Virus record (IMG/VR): IMGVR_UViG_3300042465_005116
Location: 1 to 64,000 of that record
DNA from: a virus
Lineage: Duplodnaviria > Caudoviricetes
DNA: 64,000 nt
Reading direction: 5' to 3' (one strand)
Shown here: positions 55,727 to 64,000 of the stretch, piece by piece
Layout: each line of letters begins with the position of its first letter
Numbering within the stretch: position 1 is the stretch's first letter
Notes under the pieces: model-generated
Databases searched by the model: none
The model's input: only the letters and a program-made list of their open reading frames with translations
Told to the model about the DNA's origin: nothing
Position numbers and translations under genes: made by a program

Positions 55727-57138
55727 AATTTTGTGTTTTTACATATGTTCCAAAAATTTTCAAACTCAGGAAAGGTCTTTAAAAAATCAGTTCCTCTTCT
55801 CTTATCGTGGTTTGAAAAGAATTGATAAAAATTATATCTTCTCATATTTTTTAACCAATCTTCCTCATCAGATATATACCAATCATAAATTCTTTTTATT
55901 TTTGCAATTTCCATATCACCATAACCTGCTTCGGTTTTTGCTGCGTATGGAGTTGCTAAAAAATCCATTAATTTTGCTTGATTTAATATATCATTACCCC
56001 AATCATGTGAATCATCTGCCATTAAAGTTTTAACTGCTTGGTGTTGTGGGTGTCTTAAATAAGAACTATCTAATAATACGGCGTTTGGCCAATATCTATC
56101 AACACTCTTATGATTATATTTTATATCGTAGATATCAGTAATCAGTCCACCAAAATTTGGAACTGATAACGCGTTATAAGTTGTCATAAATGTGATATTT
56201 ACGCGAGGACATTTTAATAAAATTTTATTAACATTATCCATAAACTGATTATACACTAATCCGTTTCTAATATATTCCGCTTGTTCTCCCTTTGAATCGC
56301 ATGATGTAAATATTACAAAATCTTTTACCTTATCACCTTCCGTAATTCTATTTATTTTTTCTATAAATTTATCAATTAATTTATCAGGTACACCTAAGTT
56401 TGAATTGATTGCTAATGATAAATTTTTATTTGGATTTTTTTCATCAATTATATAATCTAATACCTTCCATGTATCTTTTGACATTAGAGGTTCACCACCA
56501 GTGATTCTAAAGGTATGTAAATCCCTATATAACTCAGGCCACCATTTCCAAAATGCTTCTACATATGGATTTTCTTGTGATAATGGTATTGGCATTTTAT
56601 CTTCTTGTCTAAGATATGCTAAATCATTAAAATTATCAGTAGTTGGATAACCACCATGCTCTTCGATTTCCTCCATCCATCTAGTTGAGAATTGAGGTGA
56701 ACAATATGAACATTTAAAATTACATGCGTTTGAAAAAGAAACTTCTGCGTACTTTGGATTATAATCTGCTTTCCAATCCAATGCTTTAATCTCATTCATA
56801 TGTGGATAAGACCAAGGTTCGCCTGATTTAAATATTCTATCTGAAAACTCCGTTGAATTATCTTCAACATTCCAACAATAATCACATTCACTTGGACGTT
56901 TTCCTTCTAACATTTCTTTTCTACGAATTTTTTTGAATCGCGTGTTGTGAAGTGCAGATGGGTTTCGTCTAATTTCTCTTTCAGGTATTGGGTGAGTACC
57001 CGGATGGTGACAAGAGTGAGTATGCCCTATTTGTAAGTGCATTGTTACTTGTGTCCACTTTGCTAAACACATACCACAACCGGTTTTACTTAATTCATTC
57101 TTAACTTTTAAAGAATGCTCGTGAAATTTATTTTCCAT
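55723..57138 (-). CDS. Radical SAM protein with an N-terminal Cys-rich (Twitch/SPASM-like) domain
   Basis: CNFKCSYC and GGEPL; N-terminal CLAKW..HSCHHP...CDYCW. Confidence 0.9.
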   Translation of the reverse strand: MENKFHEHSLKVKNELSKTGCGMCLAKWTQVTMHLQIGHTHSCHHPGTHPIPEREIRRNPSALHNTRFKKIRRKEMLEGKRPSECDYCWNVEDNSTEFSDRIFKSGEPWSYPHMNEIKALDWKADYNPKYAEVSFSNACNFKCSYCSPQFSTRWMEEIEEHGGYPTTDNFNDLAYLRQEDKMPIPLSQENPYVEAFWKWWPELYRDLHTFRITGGEPLMSKDTWKVLDYIIDEKNPNKNLSLAINSNLGVPDKLIDKFIEKINRITEGDKVKDFVIFTSCDSKGEQAEYIRNGLVYNQFMDNVNKILLKCPRVNITFMTTYNALSVPNFGGLITDIYDIKYNHKSVDRYWPNAVLLDSSYLRHPQHQAVKTLMADDSHDWGNDILNQAKLMDFLATPYAAKTEAGYGDMEIAKIKRIYDWYISDEEDWLKNMRRYNFYQFFSNHDKRRGTDFLKTFPEFENFWNICKNTKL

Positions 57139-57170
57139 AACTTAAAAATTCATTTATATACATATATATA

Positions 57171-58610
57171 TTAAAGTTTTACATTTATCAACTTTGCTTT
57201 CGGTGCTAAATTTTCAATATTAATTAACTCATATTTTAATTGAGCAATTCCATCTAATTTATAATCCCATTTACCTTGTTGCATCTGTAAAACGTATCTT
57301 TTTTCATTTCGTGCCGTAGTTTCTCCCTTTGCCCACTTATCTACTCCACCTACTTTAATTAAACCTTCATCTTGATGTGGTAAACATTTCAATCTACCAG
57401 CAATTCGATGTGGTATTATAGTATATGGTATTTTTATCTCCTCTATTTTGTTTTCACAATTATATGCTATACCATTATTATCATTACCACTTTTATCAGT
57501 TACAATTCCATCTTCAAAATCATAATGTAAAATTAAATCGGCATTAATAGGTATATTTGGTATTTGTTCTACTTCGCCTTTTGATAATGCTCTGTCCCAC
57601 ATTTTAACTTCTCCTATATCACCTTTGAACCACTTACTAACATCATCTGCTGCAACTGAAGTGGTTGTTCCTAAATAATAATCAACCATACCATAACGTT
57701 TTAACATTCCTGCAAATTGTTGTGGAGAATGAGTACCAGTTCCGTGTCTTGCATCAGATTCTTTTCCATTCATATAAAAATGAATATTATTATCATCAAC
57801 TACAAGTGTAACCCATGTCCATTGGTTTTCATATCGTTTCATCCATTGATATAAATGTTCTCTTTGGTTATTCCAAAGTTGTGCAGTGTATGCTCTACTA
57901 TTATTATAACTCAATCCGTAATCATAACCTGGTCTGCGTAGTATTGGATATTCACAAAATCTTCTTTCAGTATCACCTACTAACCAAATTGGAACTTTTT
58001 CCTCTTGTTGGTGTGCACGAACTAATATTGAAATTGTATGAGAACGTGATGTTAAATTTCTTAAACTTCTTGTTGTAGGAATATGAACATATGAACTTTT
58101 ACCATCAAACGATAAAAAATGTTTAGGGGTTGATGGGTAATTCATATATGAATTGTTTGCATATCCTTCTAATATACATCTCCAAAATAGGTCATCATCT
58201 TCCATACCCCAATCCCAATAATCGTTTGAATATCCGTTGGTGCGTTCCACTTGTTCCTTTGAAAAAATGACTGCTCCACCAAAATACTCTTCGTATTTCA
58301 ACTTGTAATCCATTTGAGAGATATTTGTAGCGATGTGTATTGGGTGTTTGTCTGGAAATGAGTAATCACATCCCTCTTCAGGTATCATATCAATATCATG
58401 CCAAACTATATAATCACACCCATCTTCAAATGCGTGTTTTGCTGCAACGTTTTTCATTGCACCCCTATTGAATAATTTATCATCAACTTGATGCCCAAAA
58501 TAAATACAATAATCAATACCTTGTTCTTCAAGATACTTTCCTACTGTTGGGATAAACTCTTTTAAATGAGATTCTCTATTTCTATAAGGTACACATACTC
58601 CTAATTTCAT
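57171..58610 (-). CDS. GT7 (beta-1,4-galactosyltransferase-like) with inserted LamG domain, paralog 1
   Basis: VPYRNR, HDID, YFGG and SNDYWDWGMEDDDL; LamG insert; resumes with H...N...DGIAQLKY. Confidence 0.85.
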   Translation of the reverse strand: MKLGVCVPYRNRESHLKEFIPTVGKYLEEQGIDYCIYFGHQVDDKLFNRGAMKNVAAKHAFEDGCDYIVWHDIDMIPEEGCDYSFPDKHPIHIATNISQMDYKLKYEEYFGGAVIFSKEQVERTNGYSNDYWDWGMEDDDLFWRCILEGYANNSYMNYPSTPKHFLSFDGKSSYVHIPTTRSLRNLTSRSHTISILVRAHQQEEKVPIWLVGDTERRFCEYPILRRPGYDYGLSYNNSRAYTAQLWNNQREHLYQWMKRYENQWTWVTLVVDDNNIHFYMNGKESDARHGTGTHSPQQFAGMLKRYGMVDYYLGTTTSVAADDVSKWFKGDIGEVKMWDRALSKGEVEQIPNIPINADLILHYDFEDGIVTDKSGNDNNGIAYNCENKIEEIKIPYTIIPHRIAGRLKCLPHQDEGLIKVGGVDKWAKGETTARNEKRYVLQMQQGKWDYKLDGIAQLKYELINIENLAPKAKLINVKL

Positions 58611-60073
58611 TATATATCTACTTTTATATGTGATACTGATGGTGAAATTACTTTATTTTCTAATTCAGTATATCGCAATGTATTTAATCCATCAATATGA
58701 TAATCCACAATACCAGTTCGTACTTTATTATAATATTTTAATTGATTTTTTCTAGTTTCATCGTGTACCCAACGATTACCAATTGAAGAATTTGATTTAT
58801 GTTTTAAAGATTTAAATTTACCATTTCTTCTATATGGTTTTGGTAAAAATGTATTAAATGATTGTGATAATTTTTCAATACTAACATTATTTAATTTAGC
58901 CTGATATTCTCCAACCAAATCTACACACTTTATATTATTTGATAATTCAGGTAGTAATTGAAAATATAAAAACTCTGATGATTTAAAGTTACCAAAATTT
59001 CTAATTTTTGGTTTTACTTTATTTTTACATATTTCTATGATTTCGTTTGGTTCTAATGCACTATCATACATTTCAACATTAGCTATATTACCATAAAAGA
59101 AATCTTTATTAGTATTCTTACCATTTGCTGCACCTATATAAATATTCTTACTTGATAAGTCTAATATTTCAGCATCCATTTTAACACTATCAATAAGATT
59201 ACCATCTAAATAAAAATATAACATATTAGTATCTTTAAATACCATAGTTAAGTGAACCCAACGTTCTCCTAATATTTCAGTTGTTATTGAGTATGGGTTT
59301 TTATTTTTATCAAACGTTTGACAGAAAAATCTACGAAACGAATTATAAAAAATACCAATATTATATCCCGGTATTGATATTATTGGATATTCATCGTAAT
59401 CTTTGTTTCGATTTATTTGCACGTCTACAGGTTTTACCATTACTGATAATGTAAAATCATTTGATAGATACGATGGTGTTTTTGCTTGTAATTCTATATA
59501 AGAATTATTACCATCAAATTTAAATGTTTCAAATATTTCAACATCACAATTATCTGAATCTTCAACATCCAATTCTAAATCAGATTCTAAACATCTTATT
59601 AATAAATCATCATCTTCAAATCCCCATCCTAAGTATTCGTTTGAATATCCATTTATTTTTTCAAAATCTGCTTTATTAAAAAGAGTAACTCCTCCAAAAT
59701 AATCAAAAAATGAAATTTCATAATCATTTTCTTGTAAATGAGTTGCTAGGTGTAGTGGTTTATCAGTATATGAATAATCTACGTTAATTGGTAACATATC
59801 TACATCGTGAAATACAAAATAATCACAATTATGATTGCATGCAATTTTATAACCTACATTTAATAGTTTACCACGATTAAATGGTTTGTCATCATTTTGT
59901 TCGATAACAAAAATTTGGTAGGTATAATTAGTCAGATATTTTTCCATATGTTTTAAAAACCTATTGAGTTGGGTTTCTCTATTACGATATGGAACAATAA
60001 CCGCTAGTTTATGCTGTTGGTGTATCACCTTCTGTTTCATTTGTTTCAATTTCTGGTTCGGTTCTTTCTGCAT
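58610..60073 (-). CDS. GT7 with inserted LamG domain, paralog 2
   Basis: VPYRNR, FNRGKLLNVG, FHDVD, SNEYLGWGFEDDDL, LamG insert and DGLNTLRY. Confidence 0.85.
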   Translation of the reverse strand: MQKEPNQKLKQMKQKVIHQQHKLAVIVPYRNRETQLNRFLKHMEKYLTNYTYQIFVIEQNDDKPFNRGKLLNVGYKIACNHNCDYFVFHDVDMLPINVDYSYTDKPLHLATHLQENDYEISFFDYFGGVTLFNKADFEKINGYSNEYLGWGFEDDDLLIRCLESDLELDVEDSDNCDVEIFETFKFDGNNSYIELQAKTPSYLSNDFTLSVMVKPVDVQINRNKDYDEYPIISIPGYNIGIFYNSFRRFFCQTFDKNKNPYSITTEILGERWVHLTMVFKDTNMLYFYLDGNLIDSVKMDAEILDLSSKNIYIGAANGKNTNKDFFYGNIANVEMYDSALEPNEIIEICKNKVKPKIRNFGNFKSSEFLYFQLLPELSNNIKCVDLVGEYQAKLNNVSIEKLSQSFNTFLPKPYRRNGKFKSLKHKSNSSIGNRWVHDETRKNQLKYYNKVRTGIVDYHIDGLNTLRYTELENKVISPSVSHIKVDI

Positions 60074-60305
60074 CTCTTGCCGGTCTATTTACTGAACCTA
60101 CTGTTTTAGCTTTTGCAATCATATAAAATTCATTTAAATACCATTCAATCCTTTCAGACCAAACATCTACTTCTAATGCATAAACCCAGTCGTTCATATC
60201 TTCCAATGTATCAGCAATACGTTCTAATGCTTTAGTACGTCTTTCTTCCAAATTTACGGATTCGCTTTTTGCCGTTTCGTTTCCTTTAATTAATTCCTTT
60301 GCCAT
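60009..60305 (-). CDS. Small acidic hypothetical protein
   Basis: 98 aa; overlaps the start of GT7 paralog 2. Confidence 0.6.
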   Translation of the reverse strand: MAKELIKGNETAKSESVNLEERRTKALERIADTLEDMNDWVYALEVDVWSERIEWYLNEFYMIAKAKTVGSVNRPARDAERTEPEIETNETEGDTPTA

Positions 60306-60330
60306 TTTTGTTTTGTTTTTTTTAAATTTA

Positions 60331-61818
60331 TTAAGTTACAATTCTTAGTAATGTATACCCATCTTTCATTTCTGAATTTAAGATTGTATATTTTATATTA
60401 GATAATCCTATTTTTTTAAAATCTATTTTATCAGTTAACGCCTCATTAAAAAATATATCTGCATTTTCCTCAACATCTGGGTCATATCTATAATATTTTT
60501 GTATAATATTATCATCTCCTACGTGTATTAGTGATTTATACGTTCCATCTAATCTAGTTGGTAAAGATATCTCATCTAATAGATTTATAGTTTCATTGAA
60601 TATTGAATATTTACCTTCTACCTTTACGTGATTTCCAGCTTTACCTTTGTCTAATTTAAGTTCTGCAATACCACTAACATTATATGCGGTATCAAATCTA
60701 AAAATATTAGTTGGTATCAATCCTTCAATACTAGCAAGTTTATCCAAATATGAAATACCATCATAATATAATTTTTTAAGTTGTTCATCCGTTAATGTAT
60801 CACTAAATGTAATTATATCTGCTAATTGGATTGCTGATTGTGAATCTGAAATTTTAATACATCTATCTGAATAATTAAAGGTTTCAAATTTACCTAATTT
60901 TTTTTCTTGTACTTTTTTATTGTTCAATACAAGTTTAATTTTATTATTAGGTTTATCATAAATTAAAACTGCGTTATTCCACTTATCTTTATTGTATTCA
61001 ATACAAACATCAAAATGGTGTTCGGTATTACTCCAAATTTGTCCATTTAAATATCGACTACCAACTTCATTTTCAGATAAAAATAATCCAGTATCTGGTC
61101 CATCAAATGCAAATAAGTTTATTTTATGCATTACCTCCGATATATCTTTAAACCATAATGATATTGTAAAAGATGAATCAGTAAATCCTTGCATTAAGGA
61201 ATTCTGTGGTCCGTATAATCGAGTTTCTTTTGGTAAATCAATTCCTTTGATTGTATGGGTTTTATTAATGTTTGATATCTCAACATTTTCAATTCTATAT
61301 GGTAACACATCCCACAAATCATAATATGAATATACTTGTTGTGCATCATAATATTGTTCTAAATATACTCCTGCTTTTTCCAATCGCATTAGTAAATCTA
61401 AATCTTCAAATCCATATCCCCAATACTCATTAGAGTATCCGTTAGCCATTTCAAAATCTTCCCTATTAATTAATACAACTCCGCCAAAATATTGTGGGTA
61501 AGGTAATTTATTATTGTGTGCTTCTACGTTTGTTGCAAGGTGAGTCGGAACTGCTGGATAATTATAATCACACGAATCATTTATCGGTAACATATCAATA
61601 TCATGAAAACAAAAATATGTGTATTCTTTTGGTATTTCGTTTATTACCGCGTTACATAACTTACCATAATTAAATGGTCTATCATCTGCTTGTTCTGCTA
61701 TAAAAATAGTATAATCAATTCCTTTATTTGCAAGGAATCTATTCATGTGTGGTATAAAGACATTTAAATGTGCTTGTCTATCACGATATGGTACTATGAT
61801 TGCTAATTTATCTATCAT
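60331..61818 (-). CDS. GT7 with inserted LamG-like domain, paralog 3
   Basis: VPYRDR, FHDID, YFGG, SNEYWGYGFEDLDL, insert and IGLSNIKY. Confidence 0.8.
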   Translation of the reverse strand: MIDKLAIIVPYRDRQAHLNVFIPHMNRFLANKGIDYTIFIAEQADDRPFNYGKLCNAVINEIPKEYTYFCFHDIDMLPINDSCDYNYPAVPTHLATNVEAHNNKLPYPQYFGGVVLINREDFEMANGYSNEYWGYGFEDLDLLMRLEKAGVYLEQYYDAQQVYSYYDLWDVLPYRIENVEISNINKTHTIKGIDLPKETRLYGPQNSLMQGFTDSSFTISLWFKDISEVMHKINLFAFDGPDTGLFLSENEVGSRYLNGQIWSNTEHHFDVCIEYNKDKWNNAVLIYDKPNNKIKLVLNNKKVQEKKLGKFETFNYSDRCIKISDSQSAIQLADIITFSDTLTDEQLKKLYYDGISYLDKLASIEGLIPTNIFRFDTAYNVSGIAELKLDKGKAGNHVKVEGKYSIFNETINLLDEISLPTRLDGTYKSLIHVGDDNIIQKYYRYDPDVEENADIFFNEALTDKIDFKKIGLSNIKYTILNSEMKDGYTLLRIVT

Positions 61819-62669
61819 ATTTTAATTATAATTCTAGTTAATCTATCCCATTTAATGTAATCAAAATGATTATTTGTATTCATCTTTTCAAACATAAATT
61901 TATCGTTATTTATATCAATTTTAAAATCATTCCATTGAATTGCGTTATACATTAATTCATATTCAGTTGAAAACGCGTATTCTTTTTTAATATCAGCAAC
62001 CGCCTTAATTCTATCTACACAAGTACTATCCCATTTGAAATGATGTACTTGTATTAATCCTTCACCATCTCCAATTGGGTAACGTTTTGGATGAGATTCT
62101 CCCCAACTATTTGTTCCATCCTCAAACTCAGCGTAATGTTGGCCGGATGATATTTTAATAAACCCTTTCATAATACAAACCTTATTTGGACAAGCCCCAC
62201 TCATTGGATATCTAAAAAATCCAGCAAGTGGGAATTGTGTCCAAATATTTGTATGTTCATTTATCTGAGGAAACTCTCCATTTTCTCCTATCCTGTCAAT
62301 AAACCCACCTGTAACAAATTCCCAATTATTTTCTTCACAATCAGAAATTAATTCTCTAATTGGTTTTGGATAAATGTGAAACTCATCGTCATCTGAAACT
62401 ACCCACCAATCATTGGGGTGTAATAATTTTGTTTCGTTATATAATTGTGTAACATATTCCCAATTAAATTTTTCTTTTATTTCTCGTCTAACAATTTTTG
62501 CTTTAGGAAATTCTTTTACAATCTCATAAACAATATCATATGTGCTAAACTCATCCCATTCATATACAACAACATATATTTCATCAACTAAATCATTATA
62601 GTGATTTAACATATGACGTAGAGTATTTGTTCTACTTCCTGTTACTGTAACTAATCTAATTTTTTGCAT
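61815..62669 (-). CDS. GT-A-fold (GT2-like) glycosyltransferase
   Basis: HMLNHY..LVDEI, WWVVSDDDEF (DxD) and HHFKW. Confidence 0.7.
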   Translation of the reverse strand: MQKIRLVTVTGSRTNTLRHMLNHYNDLVDEIYVVVYEWDEFSTYDIVYEIVKEFPKAKIVRREIKEKFNWEYVTQLYNETKLLHPNDWWVVSDDDEFHIYPKPIRELISDCEENNWEFVTGGFIDRIGENGEFPQINEHTNIWTQFPLAGFFRYPMSGACPNKVCIMKGFIKISSGQHYAEFEDGTNSWGESHPKRYPIGDGEGLIQVHHFKWDSTCVDRIKAVADIKKEYAFSTEYELMYNAIQWNDFKIDINNDKFMFEKMNTNNHFDYIKWDRLTRIIIKI

Positions 62670-63442
62670 CTCTGAATAAATGTTAACCCCGTAGAAGTTG
62701 GTTTGTTTCTTAATATCCCGTTATTAAAAAAATTAAATATTTCCCAATTGCCGGTTTCTTTTAATTCTTTTATTAATTTAGATGGGCCAGATGAAAACTC
62801 ATGAAAGTCATTTTTGGGTTTTACATCATCCGTAACAATTAATTCCTTTTCAAATGATACATCGGTATCGTGAATTGATATTATACCATAAGGTGAAAGA
62901 AGTTGTGAATATAATTCAAAATCATTTTTTACATCTTCATAGGAATGACCTGCATCTATATGTAGATAATCAATTTTAATATCTTCTTTAACAAAATAAT
63001 TATAAAATGCGTTTTCAGTAGTATCTATGATAAATCTACAAGGAAAATTAGTTCTAAAAAAAGAATTTTCAGATTCCCAATCGGTATGACCACCGATTCC
63101 ATTTGAAGCATCTACTAAAATTGTAGTACCACAATCACCCCACTCCATCATTTTATTTCCACTAAATATTTGTTGGTCGTGTAAATCAATTCTAGCTTGT
63201 GACATTAATCGCGGAATAAATCCACCACCACTCCCCAAGCATACACATGTTTTTGCTCTGAGGTATTGGATTGTTGCATAAATTAATAATCCATCCCCAA
63301 TATGTAAATCAGTAGCTCCATGTGACCATCGATATGCAACGGGTTGGTATTCAAAATATTCATCACCCTTAGTGTCTATTTTTTTAGTTCTATTATTGGT
63401 AAAAAAATCTTTTAAAATATTATAGTTGAGAATACTGCCCAT
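62651..63442 (-). CDS. Class I SAM-dependent methyltransferase
   Basis: CLGSGGG, IDYLHIDAGHSYEDVKNDF and ISIHD. Confidence 0.85.
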   Translation of the reverse strand: MGSILNYNILKDFFTNNRTKKIDTKGDEYFEYQPVAYRWSHGATDLHIGDGLLIYATIQYLRAKTCVCLGSGGGFIPRLMSQARIDLHDQQIFSGNKMMEWGDCGTTILVDASNGIGGHTDWESENSFFRTNFPCRFIIDTTENAFYNYFVKEDIKIDYLHIDAGHSYEDVKNDFELYSQLLSPYGIISIHDTDVSFEKELIVTDDVKPKNDFHEFSSGPSKLIKELKETGNWEIFNFFNNGILRNKPTSTGLTFIQRCKKLD

Positions 63443-63547
63443 ACATTGAATAATGTGAATAAAATGCTAGAAATATGCTATTAGCTTAATAGTAATATAA
63501 GTTAATTAAGATAGTATAAGTGATAGTGTAATAGCTTAGTAGCTTAT

Positions 63548-63559
63548 CCCCCTACCCCC
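63548..63559 (-). other. Intergenic GGGGG-TA-GGGGG tract
   Basis: CCCCCTACCCCC on the plus strand, in otherwise very AT-rich intergenic DNA. Confidence 0.85.
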
Positions 63560-63567
63560 TTTAGTAT

Positions 63568-63602
63568 ATAAATATATAAAAATATACCAAACGATAAAAA
63601 AA
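63568..63602 (-). promoter_or_regulatory. Bipartite putative late promoter (second copy)
   Basis: ATATTTAT at 63568-75 plus a 17-mer at 63586-63602 identical to 650-666. Confidence 0.55.
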
Positions 63603-63623
63603 CTGAAAAATAAATATTTGGAA

Positions 63624-64000
63624 TTATCCTAAAATTGCTGTACGGACTTTATCAATCCATACGTCTTTATTATCAAATTTTATCATATATTCTTTAAGAT
63701 TTTTGATGTTTGCAACCCTCTCTTCATGTGAATCTTTGAGGATTTGTTTAACACATTCATCAAATTCATTTTTGGTTGAAACCCTATATTTGTATTCAAC
63801 CTCCGGTGCCCAATCTTTATTTATTATTGGTAATTTACCATAATCTACTGCTTGAAATATTGAATATCCAAATGGTTCTTTAAAATACGCTGCGTGAAAT
63901 ATACCAAAATTTTTCAACATAAAAAAATGATGATGATTAACATCCCATTGAAAAACTTCCATTCCTTTTAATGAGTAGGTACTACTATCTTTAAGATTTT
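63624..64000 (-). CDS. GT4-like glycosyltransferase, C-terminal part (frame open to the right edge)
   Basis: KEPFGYSIFQAVDYGKLPII. The frame continues without a stop from 63962 to the window end. Paralog of 1956-2954. Confidence 0.65.
   Translation of the reverse strand, partial: NLKDSSTYSLKGMEVFQWDVNHHHFFMLKNFGIFHAAYFKEPFGYSIFQAVDYGKLPIINKDWAPEVEYKYRVSTKNEFDECVKQILKDSHEERVANIKNLKEYMIKFDNKDVWIDKVRTAILG

Noticed and set aside
3885-61324. All plus-strand ORFs in the track (e.g. 7481-7771, 25836-26231, 30021-30383, 49791-50165)
   Set aside because: Each lies antisense to a longer, motif-bearing minus-strand gene and has shadow-like composition. None has independent coding evidence.
1-64000. 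Stop-codon reassignment (alternative genetic code)
   Set aside because: With the standard code the ORFs are full-length and tile the window with short gaps or overlaps.

Overview
All 64 kb look like part of a large, AT-rich, T4-like (myovirus) phage genome. Every credible gene is on the minus strand and uses the standard code. Read in transcription order (right to left), the window has five blocks. (1) A ~21 kb glycan-biosynthesis island (42.9-64 kb): NDP-sugar epimerases/reductases, RmlC, a split TPP enzyme, two radical SAM enzymes, and GT2-, GT4-, GT7- and GT10-like transferases. (2) A 1650-aa multi-domain protein. (3) The head module: TerL, portal, prohead protease, several modular head-associated proteins, ribosomal protein bS21, scaffold and major capsid protein. 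(4) A small island of early genes with duplicated Bacteroidota-type promoters. (5) Neck and tail-terminator genes, seven Ser/Gly/Thr-rich fibre-like genes, a glycosyltransferase, a Hint-domain protein and the start of the tail sheath. The promoter form and the bS21-in-head-module layout suggest a Bacteroidota host (inference). The most striking unexplained structure is a set of head-region proteins built as strings of small unrelated domains. These are joined by a repeated ES(V/I)(N/K)E linker that resembles a prohead-protease site and is conserved as an exact 17-bp DNA repeat, suggesting a swappable, protease-released capsid-cargo system. No tRNA, CRISPR array, integrase or host gene was seen. 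All product calls come from motif recognition; no database search was run.
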